Shown here: positions 27,334 to 37,966 of the stretch, piece by piece
Numbering within the stretch: the stretch's first letter is position 1
Layout of the letters: each line of letters starts with the position of its first letter
Notes under the pieces: model-generated
What the model was told of the DNA's origin: nothing
What the model saw: the letters and a program-made list of their open reading frames with translations, nothing else
Databases searched by the model: none
Made by a program: the position numbers and the translations under genes
Virus record (IMG/VR): IMGVR_UViG_3300048575_000412
Span: 1-50,102 of that record
Length of the DNA stretch: 50,102 nucleotides
From: a virus
Lineage: Duplodnaviria > Caudoviricetes
Strand: one strand, 5' to 3'

Positions 27334-27756
27334 ATGGCCAAGCTCATAGCATCCAACACCGGAACCCGAACCCAGGCGATCAAGGTCCGCGGCGGTTCCG
27401 TGTCGCTTCGCCCGAACACCAGCCTTCCTGTCGAACCTCATCCCGATCTCGATGAGGAAAAGACTCTTCACTTCGCATCCCTCGGCGTGACCTTCTCAGT
27501 TCCCGGCGAGAAGCCGCTCGCCGCGGATGCGAAGGGCCAGAAGAAGGCTAAGCGTTCGACCGCAGCTGCCGCTGATCTCGCTGCTGCAGAGAAAGCAGCC
27601 GCCGAGCAGGCCGCCGCTGATCTCGCTGCCGCAGAGAAGGCGGTGGCGGATGCGCGGGAACTGCTCGACGTCGTGGGCGACGACATGGTGGCCAAGGCTG
27701 CGGCCGAGGATGAGCTGAAGGCGGCCGAGGCCGCGCTTGCCGCGCTCAAGGCCTAA
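27334..27756 (+). CDS. Ala-rich head accessory protein with internal repeat
   Basis: GGAGG RBS; AAADLAAAEKA twice (45-nt period, 27568 and 27613). Confidence 0.7.
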   Translation: MAKLIASNTGTRTQAIKVRGGSVSLRPNTSLPVEPHPDLDEEKTLHFASLGVTFSVPGEKPLAADAKGQKKAKRSTAAAADLAAAEKAAAEQAAADLAAAEKAVADARELLDVVGDDMVAKAAAEDELKAAEAALAALKA

Positions 27757-27761
27757 AACCC

Positions 27762-28145
27762 ATGGATTTCGCAGAAGCCCGCGCACGCCTGCCGTCTATG
27801 ACGCGGCAGGTGTTCGGCGAACCCGTGACCATCACGCCGATGGCCCTCGGGCGCATGAAGGGCGGGCTGGACGGAACGCGGACCGCTCAGAGCGGCGTGG
27901 CCGGCAGGTTCGACTTCGACCCGGACGAACTTTCGCTCGGCGGAGGGCGCTCGACCACGGAACGGGCGAAGATCGGGGGCGAGAGTGCCACCGTGTCCTT
28001 CGATCGGGCGGCACTCGCCTGGCATCCGGTTTCCGGCGACAGGGTATCGCGGGTCGTCGACGGCGTCACGGAGGTCTACGAAGTCATGCGCCCCGGCCGC
28101 GACGGCTCCACCGTCGTCATCTTCTGGCTGTCGAGGGTTTCCTGA
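27762..28145 (+). CDS. Head-tail joining protein (FII-like)
   Basis: 127 aa, VFGEPVTI...GDRV...YEV; position. Confidence 0.65.
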   Translation: MDFAEARARLPSMTRQVFGEPVTITPMALGRMKGGLDGTRTAQSGVAGRFDFDPDELSLGGGRSTTERAKIGGESATVSFDRAALAWHPVSGDRVSRVVDGVTEVYEVMRPGRDGSTVVIFWLSRVS

Positions 28146-28927
28146 TGGGCATCGTCCGGGAGCTTGTGCAGATCGCCGTCACCGAAGCCCTGCGCGGCAG
28201 GACCATCGCCGAGGGGCGCGTGCATGACAGCCTGATCCGTGCGCTTCCGCAGATCATGGACAAAGGCTCGCATCCGGTGATCGCTGTGTCGATCGAGGAT
28301 TGCACCAGTTCCGTCAGCGACGGCCTCTTCCGCACCGATACGGCGATGACGCTGATGCTGCAGCTGGCCATCGCCTCGTCCGTCACCATCCCGGTCACGA
28401 CCGGCGAGGGCGAGGCGAGGCAGACGGTCGCTCTTGAGATCGGCGACACGGACGCGGCGCTCGAGGCCTATCTCAACCTGCTCGATCGCCAGTGGCGTAT
28501 TGCCCTTTCCGATCCCGATAACGCCTGGTCGGAGCTTTTCCGCCGGTTGGTGCCAACTGTCGGCAAGATCGACGATATCCGCCTGACCGATCCGGAGACA
28601 GGGCGCAAGCATGCGGCAAGGATCGTCGAGATCACGATCATGCCTATCGCCGAACCCTATCCGGGCCAGGCGGACACGGATGTGGTGCGCGCCGGACTGG
28701 CGCAGATCGCGACCATTGCGGAATACGCCGATCTCGCTGCCATCCTGACGGCCTCGCTCGACGCCGGCCAGGACCTGTTTGCCTGGCAGGTGGTTCAGGG
28801 GCGGCTCATGTCGCTTGCGGCCCTTCCGGCGCAGATCGGCGTCGGCACGCCTGACGACGGCGAGGAAGTGGTCTTCACCGAAACCACGCTCGACATCGCC
28901 GGCGAGATCGAGGATCCGGCCGAATGA
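28145..28927 (+). CDS. Neck/tail completion protein
   Basis: ALRGRTIAEGRVHDS...PVIAVSIED; position; TGATG coupling. Confidence 0.6.
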   Translation: MGIVRELVQIAVTEALRGRTIAEGRVHDSLIRALPQIMDKGSHPVIAVSIEDCTSSVSDGLFRTDTAMTLMLQLAIASSVTIPVTTGEGEARQTVALEIGDTDAALEAYLNLLDRQWRIALSDPDNAWSELFRRLVPTVGKIDDIRLTDPETGRKHAARIVEITIMPIAEPYPGQADTDVVRAGLAQIATIAEYADLAAILTASLDAGQDLFAWQVVQGRLMSLAALPAQIGVGTPDDGEEVVFTETTLDIAGEIEDPAE

Positions 28928-29466
28928 GCGACCGCGACCTGGTGCAGATCATCCTTTCCCTGCGCGAGGAAGTGCGCAGCCTGCGCCGCGCGGTGCAGGG
29001 CGTGCAGCGCTTCGGGACCGTGCATGATGTCGACGGCGATTCGCGGCGCGTGCAGCTGCGGCTTGCCGGCGAGGACGGCTCTGAGTTTTTGTCGCCGAAA
29101 CGGCCTTGGGCCGATTTCGCCGGGAATGAGAAATCCTGGCGACCGCCGAGCAAGGGGCAGCAGATGCTGATGCTCTCACCGTTCGGCGACATGCGGCAGG
29201 GGGTGGCCGTGCCGCTGACCTTTTCGAACGCAAACCCGGCGCCGACCAGCGCGCTCGATGCGCGGATCCTGTCGTCCTTCGGGGGCGGGCTGATCGGCTT
29301 TACCGATGGCGGTGCCGAGGCGCAGCTCTTTGCCGGCCGTGTCGATCTCGGCGCTTCCGGCGGGAAGCGCGTGGCGCGGGTCGGCGACAAGGTGCATGTG
29401 CAGAGTGGATCCTCGACAGGTTTCTGGCCGATCGTCGAAGGCTCGGACAAGGTGTTCGCGGCATGA
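28924..29466 (+). CDS. Baseplate spike (P2 gpV-like)
   Basis: GTVHDVD..RVQL, WRPPSKGQQM, VARVGD. Confidence 0.85.
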   Translation: MSDRDLVQIILSLREEVRSLRRAVQGVQRFGTVHDVDGDSRRVQLRLAGEDGSEFLSPKRPWADFAGNEKSWRPPSKGQQMLMLSPFGDMRQGVAVPLTFSNANPAPTSALDARILSSFGGGLIGFTDGGAEAQLFAGRVDLGASGGKRVARVGDKVHVQSGSSTGFWPIVEGSDKVFAA

Positions 29467-29855
29467 CGCAATTCGGCATGGATCGCCACACCGGTCGCTG
29501 GAATTCCGGATGGGAATCGGTAGCTCAGGCGATCGAGGTTCTCCTGACGACGCGCTATTTCGAGCGGGTCTTGCGCGAATATGTGGGCTCTCCGCTTCCC
29601 GCTCTGCTGGGCGAGACGGCGAACCTCGAGACGGTCTCGAAGTTCCGCTGGGCGATCGCGATCACCATCCTGCTGTTCGAGCCGCGGTTCGTGCCAAAGC
29701 AGATTGCCATGACGCGGCTTGACCGGACGGGCGATTCCTCCTGGGTCATCCGCGGCATCTATCGCCCGCGTGCCCATCTCGGCGACTTTACCGAGGCCGG
29801 CGAAGTCACACTCACCATCGGCGCTTCGGGCGCCGGACAGATCGTTGCGGGGTAG
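29463..29855 (+). CDS. Baseplate wedge gpW/gp25
   Basis: GMDRHTG, QAIEVLLTT..ERV.REYGS-like, FEPRF. Confidence 0.88.
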   Translation: MTQFGMDRHTGRWNSGWESVAQAIEVLLTTRYFERVLREYVGSPLPALLGETANLETVSKFRWAIAITILLFEPRFVPKQIAMTRLDRTGDSSWVIRGIYRPRAHLGDFTEAGEVTLTIGASGAGQIVAG

Positions 29856-29857
29856 TC

Positions 29858-30715
29858 ATGGTCGATCTTACGAGCCTGCCGGCCCCGGCGATGATCGCCA
29901 CAGTCGACGCCGAGGCGATCATCGCGCGGATGGCGGCGAGCTTCACGTCCTGGGCACTCGACGAGTACGGCGTCGACGTGACGGGCATCGTTTCGCTCGA
30001 GGGCGAGCCGATCGCCGTGCAGATGCAGTTCTACGCTTTTCAAGAAGCGCAGATGCGCGCGGCGTTCAACGACGTCCTGAAATCCAACCTGCTCGCCTTC
30101 GCGGGCGGGAGCGATCTCGACCACATCGCCGCCGACCATGGCGTAACGCGTCTTGTCGGCGAAACAGATTCCGCACTTCGCAGCCGGGTCGTGCTCGCCG
30201 ACCAGGGCAATTCGGCGGCCGGGCCTGAGGAATGGTATGAGTTCCATGCGCGTTCCGCTTCCGCCGAGGTCGAGGACGTGGCCGTGTACCGGACAGGGAC
30301 CGGCCCGGAAATCGGGGTCGCGGTCTTCTCGACTGCGGAGGGCGGTGTGCCGTCCGCAGAACTGCTGGCGCTCGTCTCGGCCGCGGTGACCTCGCCGTCG
30401 GTGCGCTCGATCAACGATATCGTGTCGGTGGTTGCGGCGACGAAGATCACTGTGGACGTGTCGGCCGACATCTGGCTGTTGCCGGATGCGCCGATGACCG
30501 TCTTTGACGGCCTCGAGGCAACCCTGGTGGCAGCGCTGGATGCCGAGGGCGGTATCGGTTTCGACATCAATACGAGCTGGCTGCATGCGAGGCTGATGGC
30601 ATCGGGCGTGGCAAGGGTCGTCCTGACAAACCCCGTCTCCGACGTGGTGGTCAATGACCGCACGGCGGCCCGTTTCGGCACGGTATCGCTCGTCTACAAG
30701 GGTCGCCTGCGGTGA
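29858..30715 (+). CDS. Baseplate J protein
   Basis: DLTSLPAP, AFAGGSDLDHIA, ETDSALR.R, SAAGP..Y.FHA.SA. Confidence 0.92.
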   Translation: MVDLTSLPAPAMIATVDAEAIIARMAASFTSWALDEYGVDVTGIVSLEGEPIAVQMQFYAFQEAQMRAAFNDVLKSNLLAFAGGSDLDHIAADHGVTRLVGETDSALRSRVVLADQGNSAAGPEEWYEFHARSASAEVEDVAVYRTGTGPEIGVAVFSTAEGGVPSAELLALVSAAVTSPSVRSINDIVSVVAATKITVDVSADIWLLPDAPMTVFDGLEATLVAALDAEGGIGFDINTSWLHARLMASGVARVVLTNPVSDVVVNDRTAARFGTVSLVYKGRLR

Positions 30716-31848
30716 GCGTGGTCAGCCTTCTGCCCGACAACAGGACGGTGCTGGAAGACGCGCTCGGCATTGCCACCGACCCGTCGGAAATCATCCTCGC
30801 CGAGATCGATGGGGTGCGCGGGTTCCGATATGCGCGACCGCTTAACGTTTCGGTGGCGCCGTGGCTGGTCCTTGAATACGGGCTCGGGCCGATCTCGGAC
30901 TATTTCGACACCATCGAGGATCTGATCGACCTCGGGCGCGCATGGCAGCGCATCCGGGGAACGCCGTCTGCCCTTGCGCAGGCGCTCGGCTGGATCGGTT
31001 ACCACGCCATCTATCTCGAGGATCGCGCGCGCCGTCGTCGCCGCTGGCATCTCTATCAGGTCGGCATGGGCGAATTGCCGGGCGCCGACGAGGCCAAGCG
31101 CCTCACGGATGCCGAATACCTGGCGGGTCTTTCCGACCCGGCCCGATCGGAGATGTTCCGTGGTTGCCACGGCCACGATGTTCGCGGCATTGAATGGGGC
31201 AATGGCCGTCTCGGCAATGTGCTTTTCGGCGACAGCTCTGGCGTTCGCCTCGACGGCGGATCGGTGAAGTGGAGCCATGGCCGTTCGCACGAGATCCTCG
31301 CCAGTGACACGGTCTATGAGTGGGAGAGCTTTGGCTGGAATGCGGCCTTCGAGGAGTTCGCGTCCGGTGCATGGCCATCGTCTGTGAGCTGGTCGGAAAT
31401 GACGGTCCCGTGGTCGATGATGGGCTCCGAGGTCATGGTCAAGTCGTGGCTTCTGCTGCAGCAGGCCGCGCATGTCGCCTTCTACGACGAAGACGATGCG
31501 ATCATCGGCTATGCCAGGGTGATCCGGGCGCCTGAGAACCTTACGACCGATGACGAGCTGATCCGGGTTTCCTACGCGATCCGGACAGGGTTCGGCGATG
31601 GGGCGGGCCGGACAGTGGCGCGTGTGGCCCTCGTCTACAATCTCGCCGTTCATGAGGGCGTGAAGCCGTTCAAGGCCTGGCTTTCAGCCGAAGAGGTGAT
31701 CGCCGGATCGGGACGAACCGTCGGCATGACGGAGTTCGGCCTGACGTTCCAACGGACCGTCCGCGAAACGATCATGATCACACTGACGATCGACCCGATC
31801 CAGATCGTGCCGGTGCTCTTTGCCAAGCCGGCGCTGTCGCTCGGATAA
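30712..31848 (+). CDS. Baseplate/tail protein I (P2 gpI-like)
   Basis: SLLPDNRTVLE, PWLVLEYGL, RIRGTPSAL..AL. Confidence 0.85.
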   Translation: MSVVSLLPDNRTVLEDALGIATDPSEIILAEIDGVRGFRYARPLNVSVAPWLVLEYGLGPISDYFDTIEDLIDLGRAWQRIRGTPSALAQALGWIGYHAIYLEDRARRRRRWHLYQVGMGELPGADEAKRLTDAEYLAGLSDPARSEMFRGCHGHDVRGIEWGNGRLGNVLFGDSSGVRLDGGSVKWSHGRSHEILASDTVYEWESFGWNAAFEEFASGAWPSSVSWSEMTVPWSMMGSEVMVKSWLLLQQAAHVAFYDEDDAIIGYARVIRAPENLTTDDELIRVSYAIRTGFGDGAGRTVARVALVYNLAVHEGVKPFKAWLSAEEVIAGSGRTVGMTEFGLTFQRTVRETIMITLTIDPIQIVPVLFAKPALSLG

Positions 31849-31860
31849 CAGGACAAATCG

Positions 31861-34800
31861 ATGACCAATGTGTTTGACCCCGGCGCCTATCCCGCGCTGG
31901 CCAATATCCATGACCGAAGCCAGGCAAGGCCGTCGGTCGACCGCGTCTATTTCGGCGAGGGCGATTACGGGCAGGCGACCGACCTCAACGACGCCTTCTC
32001 GACGGAAGAGCGCAAGCGCCGCGAGGTCGGTGACCTCATCGCATCCGACGGCGACCGGCTGTCTGGCGGCGACGTGATCGTCGATGCCGACGCCGGAACG
32101 GTGCTGATCACCGCCGGCTCGATCTACCTGCGAGGGGCGCCGCGTTCCGTCGACGCCGCGACGCTGGTCGATGTGCCGATGACAGGCGACGTCGAACTCG
32201 GCGTGCGTGTCGTCGTCGTGCCGGTCACCGCGGCCGACGACGCGATCTATTACGGGCTCGTTGCGGGAACGGAGAGCTATGCCGAGCCCGGCGCGGTGCG
32301 CACCACCATGGCCGTCACCTGGGCATTCGACAGCGACGAGGGCGATGGCGAATTCTATCGCTATGCGCTGCTTCGCAACGGATCGGTGATCTCACAGAGT
32401 GCGCCGCCGACCCTGACGGGGGTGCAGAAGCAGATCGGCGTCTATGACAATGATGCGCATGGCAACTATATCGTTCGCGGCTGTCACGTCAGCGCTCTTG
32501 GTCTCAACGGCCTCGATCGCATCTTCTCGGTGGCGGCGGGCGTCTGCAACGTGCTGGGTGTCAAGGTCAATCGCCCGGTCGACAATCGCTTCGAGGTGGA
32601 AGAGGACCCGGATTTCGCGACCGTCGACCTGGAGACGCACAGTTTTTCCGATGGGGGAAGCGGCACGGTCGCCCTGACCGTGCGGCGCCCGCCGATCGCG
32701 GCGATCAATACGCTTATCGTGGTCAAGGAGAAGACTGTCACCCTCACCAAGGGCGTGACCGATGCCATCGATCCGCTTCCCGACGACGGGGTCGTTTCGA
32801 TCATCGAGGTCAAGCAGCTTTCCACCACCTATGTTACAGCGACCGACTATGTCCGCAACGGCGACGCCGTCGACTGGTCGCCGGGCGGGGCGGAACCGGC
32901 AACAGGGTCCAGCTATACGGTCAAGTATCGCTATTTCGATTCCGTCGTCGCCGACAGCTTCACCTCGACCACGGTCACCGTGTCCGGCGGCGTGACCGGA
33001 ACGGATGTGTTCATCGGCTACGACTACAAGCTGCCGCGCCATGACCGCATCCTGATCGGCCCGGACGGGGCGCTGAGTTATCTGCGCGGCCTTTCTTCCC
33101 CTGAGAACCCGCATCCGCCCGCCGAGCCGGACGATGCCCTGTCGCTCTGCGTGGTGAAGAACGACTGGTATGGGAAGCCTGACATCGACAATAACGGGAC
33201 CCGGTCGCTGAGCTTCCGCCGTCTCAACCAGCTCGAAACGCGGCTGTCGCAGGCGATCGACTTGGTTCTTCTGGAGCGGCTGAAGTCGGACGCGAATGCG
33301 CGGGCGGCCGGGCCGACGCTCGGGGTCTTCACCGACCCCTTCTGGGATGACAGCCGGCGCGATCTCGGCGAGACGCAGGATGCGGCCTGCTTCGACGGCA
33401 CGCTGCAGATCGCGATCGAGCCGACGATTCACGCGGTCAGGCTGCCGGCGTTCGGGCTGCTCGACTATACCGAGGGTCTATTGCTGGCGCAGGATCTGCG
33501 CACCGCCTGCGAGAGGATCAATCCCTATATGAACTTCTCGCCGGTCCCGCCGCGAATGACGATAGAGCCTTCCAGCGACTTCTGGACCGAGGTCGAGAGC
33601 GTCACGCTGTCGGATGTGACCCGCACCTTCGGCACAGGCAACCAAACCCGGGTGCGCTCGACCGTAACATCGGAGACTGTCGACACGACCCGCCTTCCGT
33701 TCCTGCGCGAGATCGAAATCACATTCGAGATCGCGGGCCTTGGGGCAGGCGAGATTGTGCCGGTGCTGACCTTCGATGGTGTCGACGTGCATCCCGGCGT
33801 GGGCACCGTGGTCGCCAATACGGAAGGTGTCGCTTCCGGGTCTTTCATGATCCCGGCCAATGTCGCCGCCGGCACCAAGTCGGTGCGCGCCGAGGGCGCG
33901 GCCGGGCTGGCCTGCGGCACCACTTTTCGCGGGCAAGGCCGGCTGGAAACCTCGACCCAGCAGACAACGACGGTTCTGGAGAGGTTTTCCGACATCGTGG
34001 CCCGTCGTCCCAACCGGGATTCCGACGGAACGGGCAATCGTTCCGACCCGCAGGCGCAGAGCTTTGCCCTGGTCGAGGGGCGATTCATCTCCGCCGTGAA
34101 CCTGTGGTTCTGCAAGATCGGCGATCGGGCCAATCCCATCGACGTGGACATCGTCACGATGGAAAACGGCTTCCCGACCCGAACCGTCGTGGCGACGGCG
34201 CGACTCGGCATGGCGGCCGTCCTGACCGGCGTGTGGACGAAGGTACCATTCGAGGTCCCCGTCTATATCCCTGCGGATACTTATCTCGCCCTCGTGGTGC
34301 GCACCGACGACGGCGAGCATTCCATAGCCATCGCCAATCTCGGCGATTTCGACGCGGCCAACCAGAAGTGGGTCGCCGCACAACCCTATATTACCGGGGA
34401 CAGGTTCTCCGGTTCGAACAACTTCACCTGGGTCGCCCATCCGGACAGCGATCTTACCTTCCGCACGCTCTCGCCGGTGTTTTCGCCGCTGACGAAGACG
34501 ATCAACCTGGGCAGCTTCGCCGCCGTCGACGTCTCCGACATCCTGATCCGCGCCGATATCATCCTGCCGGAGGCCTCCTGCTCGGTGGTGTTCACGGTCA
34601 AGGTCGGCGATGTGACCTATACGGTCGCCCCGGACCAGACGCTGGAGCTCGAAGAATACTTCACCGGAACGGTGCAGGTGTCCGCGGTGCTGACCGGGAA
34701 TGCCAGGGTGTCGCCGGTTCTGGCGCCTGACATCAGCGTGATCTTCGGCAAGATGAAGGCCTCCGGGCGGTATGTGGGGCTCGGCTTCACCATGGGCGAC

Positions 34801-35055
34801 CCGGTGCAGCTCGACATCGTGTTCTCCGCCCAGTTCCCTGTCGGGTCGGCCGTGACCGTCAAGGCAGATGCGAACGACGACACATTCGTTGCCGCTTCGC
34901 TGGTCGGCGCTGTGCCTATCGATGGCGGGTACACGGAATACACCTATCGCATCGCCGCCCACGAGGCGGCCGACGGCGGGCGTCTCGAGCTGGTTCTCTC
35001 CGGCACGCCGGGTGCCCGTCCCGTGGTCGCGGATCTCCGCTCCTTCACCTTCTGA
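31861..35055 (+). CDS. Large baseplate/tail structural protein (DUF4815-like)
   Basis: 1064 aa; YDNDAHGNYIVRG, YKLPRHD, GVFTDPF.DDS.RD, INPY, DPQAQSF. Confidence 0.75.
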   Translation: MTNVFDPGAYPALANIHDRSQARPSVDRVYFGEGDYGQATDLNDAFSTEERKRREVGDLIASDGDRLSGGDVIVDADAGTVLITAGSIYLRGAPRSVDAATLVDVPMTGDVELGVRVVVVPVTAADDAIYYGLVAGTESYAEPGAVRTTMAVTWAFDSDEGDGEFYRYALLRNGSVISQSAPPTLTGVQKQIGVYDNDAHGNYIVRGCHVSALGLNGLDRIFSVAAGVCNVLGVKVNRPVDNRFEVEEDPDFATVDLETHSFSDGGSGTVALTVRRPPIAAINTLIVVKEKTVTLTKGVTDAIDPLPDDGVVSIIEVKQLSTTYVTATDYVRNGDAVDWSPGGAEPATGSSYTVKYRYFDSVVADSFTSTTVTVSGGVTGTDVFIGYDYKLPRHDRILIGPDGALSYLRGLSSPENPHPPAEPDDALSLCVVKNDWYGKPDIDNNGTRSLSFRRLNQLETRLSQAIDLVLLERLKSDANARAAGPTLGVFTDPFWDDSRRDLGETQDAACFDGTLQIAIEPTIHAVRLPAFGLLDYTEGLLLAQDLRTACERINPYMNFSPVPPRMTIEPSSDFWTEVESVTLSDVTRTFGTGNQTRVRSTVTSETVDTTRLPFLREIEITFEIAGLGAGEIVPVLTFDGVDVHPGVGTVVANTEGVASGSFMIPANVAAGTKSVRAEGAAGLACGTTFRGQGRLETSTQQTTTVLERFSDIVARRPNRDSDGTGNRSDPQAQSFALVEGRFISAVNLWFCKIGDRANPIDVDIVTMENGFPTRTVVATARLGMAAVLTGVWTKVPFEVPVYIPADTYLALVVRTDDGEHSIAIANLGDFDAANQKWVAAQPYITGDRFSGSNNFTWVAHPDSDLTFRTLSPVFSPLTKTINLGSFAAVDVSDILIRADIILPEASCSVVFTVKVGDVTYTVAPDQTLELEEYFTGTVQVSAVLTGNARVSPVLAPDISVIFGKMKASGRYVGLGFTMGDPVQLDIVFSAQFPVGSAVTVKADANDDTFVAASLVGAVPIDGGYTEYTYRIAAHEAADGGRLELVLSGTPGARPVVADLRSFTF

Positions 35056-35063
35056 GGTCCATC

Positions 35064-36365
35064 ATGAGTGTCGACAACGTCACGCCCAGCCGGGAATATC
35101 CGCTGCCTTTTGCCGATAACAAGCCGTCCTACGATGTCGGTCGCCTGATTGCAGCATTTACGGCCTTAGACCTCGATGTCGCGCAGTTGTTCACGCTCGT
35201 TGCGCTGAAGGCGGCGCTTGCAAGCCCTGCCTTCGAGGGGAATCCGACGGCGCCGACGCAGCCCGTGGGGACCAACAACAACACGCTGGCGACCACGGGG
35301 CATGTGCAGGCGGCGCTCTCGGCCTTCCTCGACGATGCCGAGGGGGCGATCGCGACGATCACCGAACTGCAGGCGGCGCTTTCCGGGGCCGGCGTAGTCG
35401 AGGACCTGATGGCGTTGATCGCGCTCAAGGCCCCGCTCGAGAGCCCCGCACTGACGGGGACACCGACGGCGCCGACGGCCGCGCCGGGAACCAACACGGC
35501 GCAGCTGGCGACTACGGCATTCGTTGAGGCCATGAAGACGGCGATCGTTGCCGCGGCGCCGACCACGCTGAACACGCTTGCCAAGCTTGCCGCATCGATC
35601 GGAAATGATGCGAACTTCATCGCTACCGTCAGTTCGGCACTTTCCACCAAGGCGGGGCTGGAGAGCCCTGCCTTCACCGGCAATCCTACGGTCCCGACGC
35701 AGGGGCCCGGGAACAATACGACGCGGGCGGCCAACACCGCTTTTGTGAAGGCGGCGGTCGACCTGGCCATCTCCAACTTGTCGGCGGCTGTTGCCTTCAG
35801 TCTGGCGACGAAGGCCAGTCTTGCCAGCCCGGCCTTTGAGGGCAACCCGACGGTGCCGACGCAGGCCGAGGGGAACAACTCAACCAGAGCCGCGAACACT
35901 GCCTTTGTCGGAAGAGCTGTGGCGGCGTCGAGCGCCTTTGCCATCCTGCAGGACCGGCGCCCCGCGGGAACTGATGCCGGCGGCGCTCTGGCTGGCGCCT
36001 GGTACACCCGCACACTCAACGCCGAGGTATCAGATATTTCCGGCTTTGTGAGCCTGGCCGGGAATGCCTTCACCGTGACGGCGGACTGCCTTTGCGAGTT
36101 CTGGTCGGTGTTCCACCGCGTCGGGGTCGGCAAGTGCCGGATATGGAACATGACCGACGCAGTCGAGACGGCGGTTGGCTCCCCGGCCGCGGCATCATCC
36201 GGTGCGGGGGTTTCCGCCCTGTCGTCCGGGGCCTGCGTGCTTGTCACCGGCAAGCAGTACCGGATGGAATACCGCGTCTCCGATACGCAGCCGACCAACG
36301 GGCAGGGCCTGGCCCTCGATGTCGGCATAGAGGTCTATGCGCAGGTGTTGCTGCGCCGGTTCTGA
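35064..36365 (+). CDS. Tail fibre protein
   Basis: Four KA.L.SPA..G.PT.PT...G.N....A.T.FV fibre repeats and AP.TLNTL.KLAA..GND.NF motif. Confidence 0.85.
   Translation: MSVDNVTPSREYPLPFADNKPSYDVGRLIAAFTALDLDVAQLFTLVALKAALASPAFEGNPTAPTQPVGTNNNTLATTGHVQAALSAFLDDAEGAIATITELQAALSGAGVVEDLMALIALKAPLESPALTGTPTAPTAAPGTNTAQLATTAFVEAMKTAIVAAAPTTLNTLAKLAASIGNDANFIATVSSALSTKAGLESPAFTGNPTVPTQGPGNNTTRAANTAFVKAAVDLAISNLSAAVAFSLATKASLASPAFEGNPTVPTQAEGNNSTRAANTAFVGRAVAASSAFAILQDRRPAGTDAGGALAGAWYTRTLNAEVSDISGFVSLAGNAFTVTADCLCEFWSVFHRVGVGKCRIWNMTDAVETAVGSPAAASSGAGVSALSSGACVLVTGKQYRMEYRVSDTQPTNGQGLALDVGIEVYAQVLLRRF
35208..35910 (+). repeat. Four tail-fibre repeats
   Basis: Repeat units starting near 35208, 35427, 35648 and 35811. 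Confidence 0.8.
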
Positions 36366-36432
36366 CGCTGTCTTTCTTTGCCCATCCCGCCCTTGGGCAA
36401 GGCGACCCTTCTCGAAATATGAGGATTGAACC

Positions 36433-37938
36433 ATGACCAGCCCGGTCTTCGGTATCACCATTGCACGTGATGCCAACGAGGCGGCAACGCCGTCCAATGC
36501 CCAGATGAGCGTCATCGGCATCTGCATGCCGATCGACAAGGCAACGACCGCCTCCACGGAAGTCTTTGCTGCGGCCTTTCCGCTCGACACCCCGGTTCGC
36601 CTGAACTCCAACGAGACCGCCGTTCTCGCGCTCTGCGACCAGGACGGCGACTTCATCGACGCGATCGAGGGGATCAACGCGCAGCTCGGCTCCTACCAGA
36701 TGGCGGCCGAGCTGGTGGTGGTGCGTGTCGAGGAAGGGGTCGACATCGAGGAGACGATGGCTAACATCGCCGGCAGCTCTGTCTCGGGCACGGGTATCCA
36801 CGCGTTCCTCAATGCCGGCGCCGAGGTCGGGGTCTATCCCCGCCTGCTGATCTGCCCCGGCTTCACCCTCGACCGCGATACCGGCGTCACCAGCGTGACG
36901 ATCACCAACCAGGGTTCTGGCTATACCAGCGCGCCGACGGTTGCCTTTACCGGTGGCGGTGGCACGGGGGCCGCCGGCACCGCCGTGCTCGGTTCCGGCG
37001 CCGACGCGGAGAAGGTCGTGAGCGTGACGATCACCAATCCGGGCTCCGGCTATACCAGCGCGCCGACCGTCGCATTCTCGGGCGGAGCCGGTTCTGGCGC
37101 GGCCGGCACGGCAGTGATCGCCGACATGGCGAACCCGGTCGCGGCAGCCCTGCCGGCGGTGTGTGAGCAGATCCTTGCGGTCGCGATCGTCGACGGTCCG
37201 GAGACGCTGGCCGAGTTCACCGAATGGGTCGAAACCCTGTCGTCCCGCCGGCTGATCCCGCTGGCCGGTGGCGTGTATGCCGAGGACAACAGCGGTGCCG
37301 CGGTGCTTCGTCCGGCCTCGCCGCGCATCGCCGGCGTTGCCGTCCGGCGCGACTATGAAAGCGACGGCTCGCCGTTCCGCAGCTGGGCCAACCAGCCGAT
37401 CTACGGCATCACGGCGCCGGAGCGTAAGCTGCGCTTCTCGCTTTCCGACGGTGCGACCGAGGGGCAGCAGATCCTGGCCGCCAAGGGCGGGATCATCGTG
37501 CGCGGCGAATCGGGCGACGACTTCGCCATCGCCGACGGTGGCTTCGTCTATATCGGCACGGACAACCTCGCGGCCGATACGATCTGGGACCAGTACCACA
37601 AGGTGCGCGGCCGCGATTACATCGAGCTGACGGTGCTGCGGACCATTCGCCAGTATCTCGGCCGCTTCAACCTGACGACCCAGACGATCCAGAGCGTGGT
37701 CAACACGGTCTCTGGCGTCTGCGACCAGCGCCAGTCGGCCGGAGACATACTCGGCTATCGTTGCCGCTTCGACCCGGTGAAGAACAACCCGGCCGACCTG
37801 CGCGCCGGGCACATCCATGTCGACATGCAGTTCGAGGAGGCCCCGGTTTTCCGCCGCCTGTCGGTCACCTCGCGGCCCTATGCGGCGGCGCTCACCGCGA
37901 CGATCGACGAGATTATCGCGCGCCAGGACATCCTCTAA
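36433..37938 (+). CDS. Tail sheath protein
   Basis: PRLLICPGF, PASPRIAG, SWANQ.I.GI, LRAGHI.VD. Confidence 0.92.
   Translation: MTSPVFGITIARDANEAATPSNAQMSVIGICMPIDKATTASTEVFAAAFPLDTPVRLNSNETAVLALCDQDGDFIDAIEGINAQLGSYQMAAELVVVRVEEGVDIEETMANIAGSSVSGTGIHAFLNAGAEVGVYPRLLICPGFTLDRDTGVTSVTITNQGSGYTSAPTVAFTGGGGTGAAGTAVLGSGADAEKVVSVTITNPGSGYTSAPTVAFSGGAGSGAAGTAVIADMANPVAAALPAVCEQILAVAIVDGPETLAEFTEWVETLSSRRLIPLAGGVYAEDNSGAAVLRPASPRIAGVAVRRDYESDGSPFRSWANQPIYGITAPERKLRFSLSDGATEGQQILAAKGGIIVRGESGDDFAIADGGFVYIGTDNLAADTIWDQYHKVRGRDYIELTVLRTIRQYLGRFNLTTQTIQSVVNTVSGVCDQRQSAGDILGYRCRFDPVKNNPADLRAGHIHVDMQFEEAPVFRRLSVTSRPYAAALTATIDEIIARQDIL
36885..37120 (+). repeat. Tandem duplicated module inserted in sheath
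   Basis: SVTITN(Q/P)GSGYTSAPTVAF(T/S)GG.G.GAAGTAV twice, conserved at DNA level. Confidence 0.85.
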
Positions 37939-37966
37939 TCGTCACCTCACGGAAGGACTGAACATC

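Noticed and set aside
35064-36365. Possible diversity-generating retroelement or invertible fibre cassette
   Set aside because: No reverse transcriptase, invertase or adenine-variant repeat pair seen; repeats are ordinary fibre units
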